Of a DNA stretch of 64,000 nucleotides, positions 59,563 through 64,000 are shown one piece after another. Both the position numbers and the translations under genes were made by a program. The notes beneath the pieces were generated by a model that saw nothing but the letters and a program-made list of their open reading frames with translations, made no database searches and had not been told where the DNA came from. How positions within the stretch are numbered: the stretch's first letter is position 1; each line of letters starts with the position of its first letter. Source of the stretch: Candidatus Eiseniibacteriota bacterium (GTDB taxonomy: Bacteria; Eisenbacteria; RBG-16-71-46; CAIMUX01; VGJL01); contig JBHGAY010000019.1 in NCBI GenBank assembly GCA_041946735.1, positions 32,001 to 96,000 of the forward strand, read 5' to 3'.

Positions 59563-62500
59563 TCATCGGACCACCGCGATCATCTTGCGGATCGTGCGCG
59601 ACTCCCCGTCTCCTTCGACTCGCAGCTGCACGACGTACGGCCCGGGCGCGAGCGCGCTCAGGTCCCAGCGATAGACGCTCCCCGCGGCGCCCGCCACTCC
59701 GTCCCAGCGGGCCGACGCGACGCGCCGGCCGCTGACGTCGAACGCCTCGACTCGCATCCGCGCCGGCTCGCCGAGCGTGTAGCGGATTGCCAGCACATCG
59801 CCGCGCACCGGGTTCGGCGCGAACACCACCTGGCTCGGATCGAGGAACGAGGGCGCCGTCGCGGGCACCGGCACCATCGCGGGATCGAGCGACCCGGCGC
59901 GATTCGGGCCGCCGCCCGGGCCGGGGAAACAGCCGACGCAATGGTCGGCGACGCTCGTCCCGGCCAGCGGGGCGCCGGCAAGCGCGGTGATCGTGTCGGA
60001 GAGCGCCTCGGAGAAGACGAAGGCTTCGTCGCCGAGCGGCGAGAAGAGCCGGATCGGTCCGGAGTGCCCGAGCGCGCCGCTGGCGAAGGGCCACCCAGGG
60101 AGGTTCTTCCCCTGGGAATCCCACACGAGCAGGATTCCGTCGCCGCGAAGCTGGATGAGCTCGACGCTCCCGTCCGATCCGACGTCCCAGAAGCGCGGGC
60201 CGCTCGTGCAATCGGGCCGGCGGAACTGGTCCGGATGCCAGACCGACTTGGGCCAGCCGCGTTCGGTGTTCCCCCCGAGGTCCCAGAGGAAGATCTCGCC
60301 GGAGCGCGTCGTGACGGCGACCTCGAGCGCGCCATCGCCGTCAGGGTCGCCCACGGCCGGCGACCCGGCGAGCGAATCGCCCGCCTGCTGCGGCCATCCG
60401 TCGACCGGGAGCAGATCCTCGCCTTCGACCCGCAGCAGATCGACCGTCCCGTCGCTCGTCGTCGCGAGGACCAGCCGCTCCGCGTCTCCGCCGAAGAGGC
60501 GAGGCGCGCGGAACTGCAGGAGGTCCTTCACGGAACCGGCTCCGATCGAGACGGGGCGCGATGCCACGTCCTCGTCGGAGATGCGCGCGACGTTCCCATT
60601 CTCCGTGCCGAGCACGACCACGCCCATGATCGCCGAGACAGCCGTCGCGGCGCCGGTCAGGCCGGCGTCGCGCACGTATGCCTGGTCGAGCGAACCGTCC
60701 GGTCGCAACGTGAGCGAAGCGGCCTTGCCGTCGCTCGTGCCGGCGACGATCGCCCCGGCGGTTGCGATCGGGCCTGCCGTGACCTTCCGCTCCGTCGTGT
60801 CGGCGGGCCAGGAACCGAGGAGCGTCCCCGCCGCATCGAGCCACCACGCCTTCCCAGCGGCGCGCTGCAGCACGGCGGGCGCGCCCTCTCCCGTCCATCC
60901 CGTCACGACCGCAGGACCGGCTTCCAGCGTGTCGGGGAAGCTCGCGAAGAGGACTCCCTCGCCCCCCTGCGTGAATCCTGTCCCGTCGTAGCGGATCCCG
61001 AAGAGCGCGTCGCCCGCCGCCAACAGCACCTCGTCGAATCCGTCCCCGTCGAGGTCGATCTGGTTCAAGCCATCGCGGACCGGCACGCCGATCAATCCGA
61101 CCGGGAAGCCGGCGAGCTGGCGCTCGGAACCGGCGCGAATCCGCATCTCGAGTCCCGGTGGATCGAGCACCTCGATCGACACGCCGCTCGGGGATCCGTC
61201 GTTGGTGCGGGAGTCGGGAAGCGTCTCGGGCCCGAACTTCGTGTAGCCGCCTGCGAAGTAGGGATCGTACGGGCCGCCGAGGAACTCCGGCGAGGCGGTG
61301 CCGATGTCCTGGATTCCGTCCGCCTCCTCGACATCGACTCCCCGCCGGTCGGAGTAAATGTTCACGCCTCCATACGGGGAGTTCAGGCCGGAGATCGCCG
61401 CCAGCTCGTCGATGTGCCAGACGAGGATGCCGCTGCCCGGCAGCAGGTAGTCGTACTCGAGCCGCGCGAGCGGATCGTTCCCGTTCTCCTCGGCCGGCTC
61501 GGGCCCGAGGATCACCCCGGTCTCGGGGTCGGCGCGCAGGACGATCGACGAGTCGCCGTTGTAGTCGATCTCCCGGTTCTCGGCGAGGAAGTACTCGGAC
61601 AGATGGACCGGCAGATAGAGGACGTCGCGCTCGAGGAGCACCGCCTTCTGCGAGACGGTCTGCTCGGGACCGATCTCCAGGAGGTTCGTGTAGTCCGGGA
61701 AGAACAGCACCCGGTGCCACGGATCGAGGCTCGCGGGCAGGATCCCGCGCACCGCGACGACCTGCGTCGTGTCGTACGGATCGGCGACGAGCCCGTACTC
61801 CCCCTCTCCGGAGTCCATGAGGCTGAACACCCCGACGACCGGCAGGCCGCTGAAGACGTCGTAGAGATCGAAGAAGCCGAGCTGATGGCCGAACTCGTGC
61901 GCGAGGACCCCGTTCATCGCCCCGGTGAATCCGTCCTGGCTCACCGTCTCCGGGACCACCATCACGAGGTTGATCTTCACCGAGTCAGCGCCGCCGACGG
62001 TCACGGCAAGCGAGTCGGTCAGTCCCAGGTTGAAGCTCGGAATGTCGTAGGGGGTGTCCTGGTGGATGTCCCCCTGGAAGTCGGTCCCCGCGTGGAAGAC
62101 GAGGAAGGACTGGTAGCGCTTCCAGTCGATCGACCGATCGAGCGAGTCGGCGAGCATCACGCTCTCGCGGACGAACCGCTCGGCGCGCGTAAGGATCGAA
62201 TCGCTGCTGACGCTGAAGATCCAGGGGCCGTAACGATCGGTGTCGGGAAGGTGATACGCCGAGTCGGGCTCCTGCGGAAAGACGTCGTACTGCAGGACGA
62301 GGCCGCCGCCGGTCTGCACGTCGTAGTAGCGGCGGAGCGCCTCGAGGTGCCGCTCGAAGTAGAGCTTGTTGTGCGGCGGAGGATCGATCGCCACTTTCGC
62401 GCTGTCAGGGTCGCGCATGTCGAACCGGCCGTCCCCCGTCGTCTGGTCGCCCGCGGAGTTCTTCGCGAAGTCGACCCGCAGCGCGAGGATCCGCACCGTC

Positions 62501-62835
62501 TCGGGCTCCGCGACCTCCCGGAGCTTGGCCATCGCCCGCAACGCCGACGCGGGATCGCTTCCGCGATCGGAGAGCATGGCCGGCATCCGCCGCAGGACCG
62601 TCGGACGCATCGTCTTCGAGGAGAGCGTCGCGTTGCCCGTCCGCCCGAGGCCATCGGTGGAGCCGATCGCCCCGCGCTCGAGCAGATGCGGGAAGGGACG
62701 GAGCGACGGTGCGGCGAGGCCCGCACGCTCGGCGCTCGCCGGAGCGGCGGGGCGCACGTGGAAGGAGCGCGCAAAGGAGGCGGCCGGGAAGAGGAGCCCG
62801 GCCGCCAGCATCAGGATCCCGAGAGTCTTGCGCAA
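59563..62835 (-). CDS. Secreted M6 (immune inhibitor A)-like metallopeptidase with FG-GAP repeats and T9SS-like C-terminal domain
   Basis: Signal peptide; ILALRVDF; FHAG; HEFGHQLGFFDLYD; FSLMDSG Met-turn; ILVWHID; GWP/FG-GAP repeats; FAPNP...GPY...KMIAVVR. Confidence 0.85.
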   Translation of the reverse strand: MRKTLGILMLAAGLLFPAASFARSFHVRPAAPASAERAGLAAPSLRPFPHLLERGAIGSTDGLGRTGNATLSSKTMRPTVLRRMPAMLSDRGSDPASALRAMAKLREVAEPETVRILALRVDFAKNSAGDQTTGDGRFDMRDPDSAKVAIDPPPHNKLYFERHLEALRRYYDVQTGGGLVLQYDVFPQEPDSAYHLPDTDRYGPWIFSVSSDSILTRAERFVRESVMLADSLDRSIDWKRYQSFLVFHAGTDFQGDIHQDTPYDIPSFNLGLTDSLAVTVGGADSVKINLVMVVPETVSQDGFTGAMNGVLAHEFGHQLGFFDLYDVFSGLPVVGVFSLMDSGEGEYGLVADPYDTTQVVAVRGILPASLDPWHRVLFFPDYTNLLEIGPEQTVSQKAVLLERDVLYLPVHLSEYFLAENREIDYNGDSSIVLRADPETGVILGPEPAEENGNDPLARLEYDYLLPGSGILVWHIDELAAISGLNSPYGGVNIYSDRRGVDVEEADGIQDIGTASPEFLGGPYDPYFAGGYTKFGPETLPDSRTNDGSPSGVSIEVLDPPGLEMRIRAGSERQLAGFPVGLIGVPVRDGLNQIDLDGDGFDEVLLAAGDALFGIRYDGTGFTQGGEGVLFASFPDTLEAGPAVVTGWTGEGAPAVLQRAAGKAWWLDAAGTLLGSWPADTTERKVTAGPIATAGAIVAGTSDGKAASLTLRPDGSLDQAYVRDAGLTGAATAVSAIMGVVVLGTENGNVARISDEDVASRPVSIGAGSVKDLLQFRAPRLFGGDAERLVLATTSDGTVDLLRVEGEDLLPVDGWPQQAGDSLAGSPAVGDPDGDGALEVAVTTRSGEIFLWDLGGNTERGWPKSVWHPDQFRRPDCTSGPRFWDVGSDGSVELIQLRGDGILLVWDSQGKNLPGWPFASGALGHSGPIRLFSPLGDEAFVFSEALSDTITALAGAPLAGTSVADHCVGCFPGPGGGPNRAGSLDPAMVPVPATAPSFLDPSQVVFAPNPVRGDVLAIRYTLGEPARMRVEAFDVSGRRVASARWDGVAGAAGSVYRWDLSALAPGPYVVQLRVEGDGESRTIRKMIAVVR

Positions 62836-62852
62836 AGCGGCGACCTGATCGA

Positions 62853-63827
62853 TCAGAACCGGTAGGTCAGGGAGAACTTGTTCACCCGGTCGAGCCCTCG
62901 CGCCTGGGGCACGCTCGCGTAATCGAACGCGAGGCTCCCGATCTGCACGCCGAAGCCGAAGCTCGGATCGCGGATATCGCCGTCCTTGTCGTAGATGTAG
63001 CCGGCGCGCAGGGCGGCGTAGGTCGAGTAGCCGAGCTCGACGCCGCCGTTCAGGATCGGCTTCTCATCGGAGTAGATGAGGCTCTTGTTGACGTCGAACT
63101 CGCCGAGAGCGCGGAAGGTGCCGTTGTCGAACGGCTTCGCCGCCACGCCGACCTTGAGGTTGCGGCCGATCGGGTCGGACTGGTCCGCGTCGATGAAGGC
63201 GATGTTCGGGCCGAGGTTCTGCACGTTGACGCCGACGCGCACCGGGACGCCGGGCACCTCGTAGAGAGCGGCGAGGTCGGCGGCGAAGGTATCGCCGGTC
63301 CCGGCCTGGCCGTCCTGCGTGACGTCCGCCGGAGCGAGGTTCACGTAGACGTACTTCAGCGTGATCCCGGCCGACAGGCCCTTCGCGATCTGCGATCCGA
63401 GCGAGATCGAGGGCGCCACCTCGTAGCTCGAGAAGGTCCCTTTCTCGATCCCCTGCTCGTCGGTCGCGACGCTCTTGCCGTAGGTGAGGAAGATCAGGCT
63501 CGCTCCGACGCCGCCCCATCCCTCCAGGTGCTGGGCGTAGCCGAGGTACTCGTAGTAGACGTCGTCGGCGAGGCCGGGCACGAGCTGGGTGTGCATCAGG
63601 GAGAAGACGCGTTGATTCAGTCCTGCCAGAGCGGCCGGATTCCACCAGTTCGCGGTGGCGTCGTTGACGGTCGCCACGGCGGCGCGGCCCATCCCGTCCG
63701 CGCGGGCGCCCGGGGTGATGTTCAGCGAGGCGGCGCCGCTGGTGCCTTGCGCCATGGCGTGAGCGGAGAGTACGAGGGCGAGACCGGCGGCCAGGGCGGC
63801 CGCACGAGAGAGAATCCGACGGTTCAA
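62853..63827 (-). CDS. PorV/PorQ (UPF0164)-family outer-membrane beta-barrel
   Basis: AGGAGG RBS before TTG; LNITPGARADGMG...DATANWWNPAAL; NLGP; LRAGY; FSLTYRF. Confidence 0.88.
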   Translation of the reverse strand: MNRRILSRAAALAAGLALVLSAHAMAQGTSGAASLNITPGARADGMGRAAVATVNDATANWWNPAALAGLNQRVFSLMHTQLVPGLADDVYYEYLGYAQHLEGWGGVGASLIFLTYGKSVATDEQGIEKGTFSSYEVAPSISLGSQIAKGLSAGITLKYVYVNLAPADVTQDGQAGTGDTFAADLAALYEVPGVPVRVGVNVQNLGPNIAFIDADQSDPIGRNLKVGVAAKPFDNGTFRALGEFDVNKSLIYSDEKPILNGGVELGYSTYAALRAGYIYDKDGDIRDPSFGFGVQIGSLAFDYASVPQARGLDRVNKFSLTYRF

Positions 63828-63910
63828 CGAACTACCTCCTCGATTCCCGGGAACGTCGCCACGGCAAAAGCCACGGCCGACTAACCCGTACCGGCCGGTC
63901 GGTTCCCGGG

Positions 63911-63939
63911 ATTCTAGCATCGGCGCGGAAGGCCCACAA
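63911..63939 (-). promoter_or_regulatory. Sigma70-type promoter for the PorV-led cluster
   Basis: TTGTGG-N17-TAGAAT with extended -10 TG. Confidence 0.55.
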
Positions 63940-64000
63940 CGTCACCACAGATCTGTACGGTGAAACGAGTTTCGTGCGGGCGCCCGTCCGGATCGCGGTC

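Overview
Very GC-rich bacterial chromosomal window (about 70% GC by eye), mostly transcribed from the minus strand. It contains no rRNA, tRNA, CRISPR array or recognisable transposase or integrase. Gene content (PorV-like barrel, gingipain-type C25 peptidase, several secreted proteins ending in a T9SS/FlgD-Ig-like domain, deltaproteobacterial-style pil genes) suggests an FCB-related candidate lineage such as Ca. Eisenbacteria; this is inference only. From left to right: (1) tamB/tamA-like pair, two FG-GAP proteins, an AlkB-type dioxygenase, a stand-alone homocysteine S-methyltransferase and a C25 peptidase; (2) an unexplained module of 11 tandem 42-bp units (2 x 21 bp), an AT-rich spacer and a + strand gene for a 231-aa all-helical protein, which is the best candidate for an undescribed system; (3) pepD; (4) a roughly 23-kb type IVa pilus supercluster (TPR protein, OM barrel, comEA, pilB, inserted DegT aminotransferase, pilTC, pilSR, pilA, pilHIG-like ABC module, pilD, pilMNOPQ); (5) hutUI, dinG, DUF2304, GT2 and ligA; (6) a PorV-led outer-membrane biogenesis or secretion cluster (M6-like protease, two paralogous membrane proteins, beta-propeller, a large barrel with SprA-like motifs, Omp85 protein, PPIase lipoprotein). 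Many start codons were re-assigned by eye because the ORF track over-extends N-termini. All family assignments come from motif recognition, not database searches.
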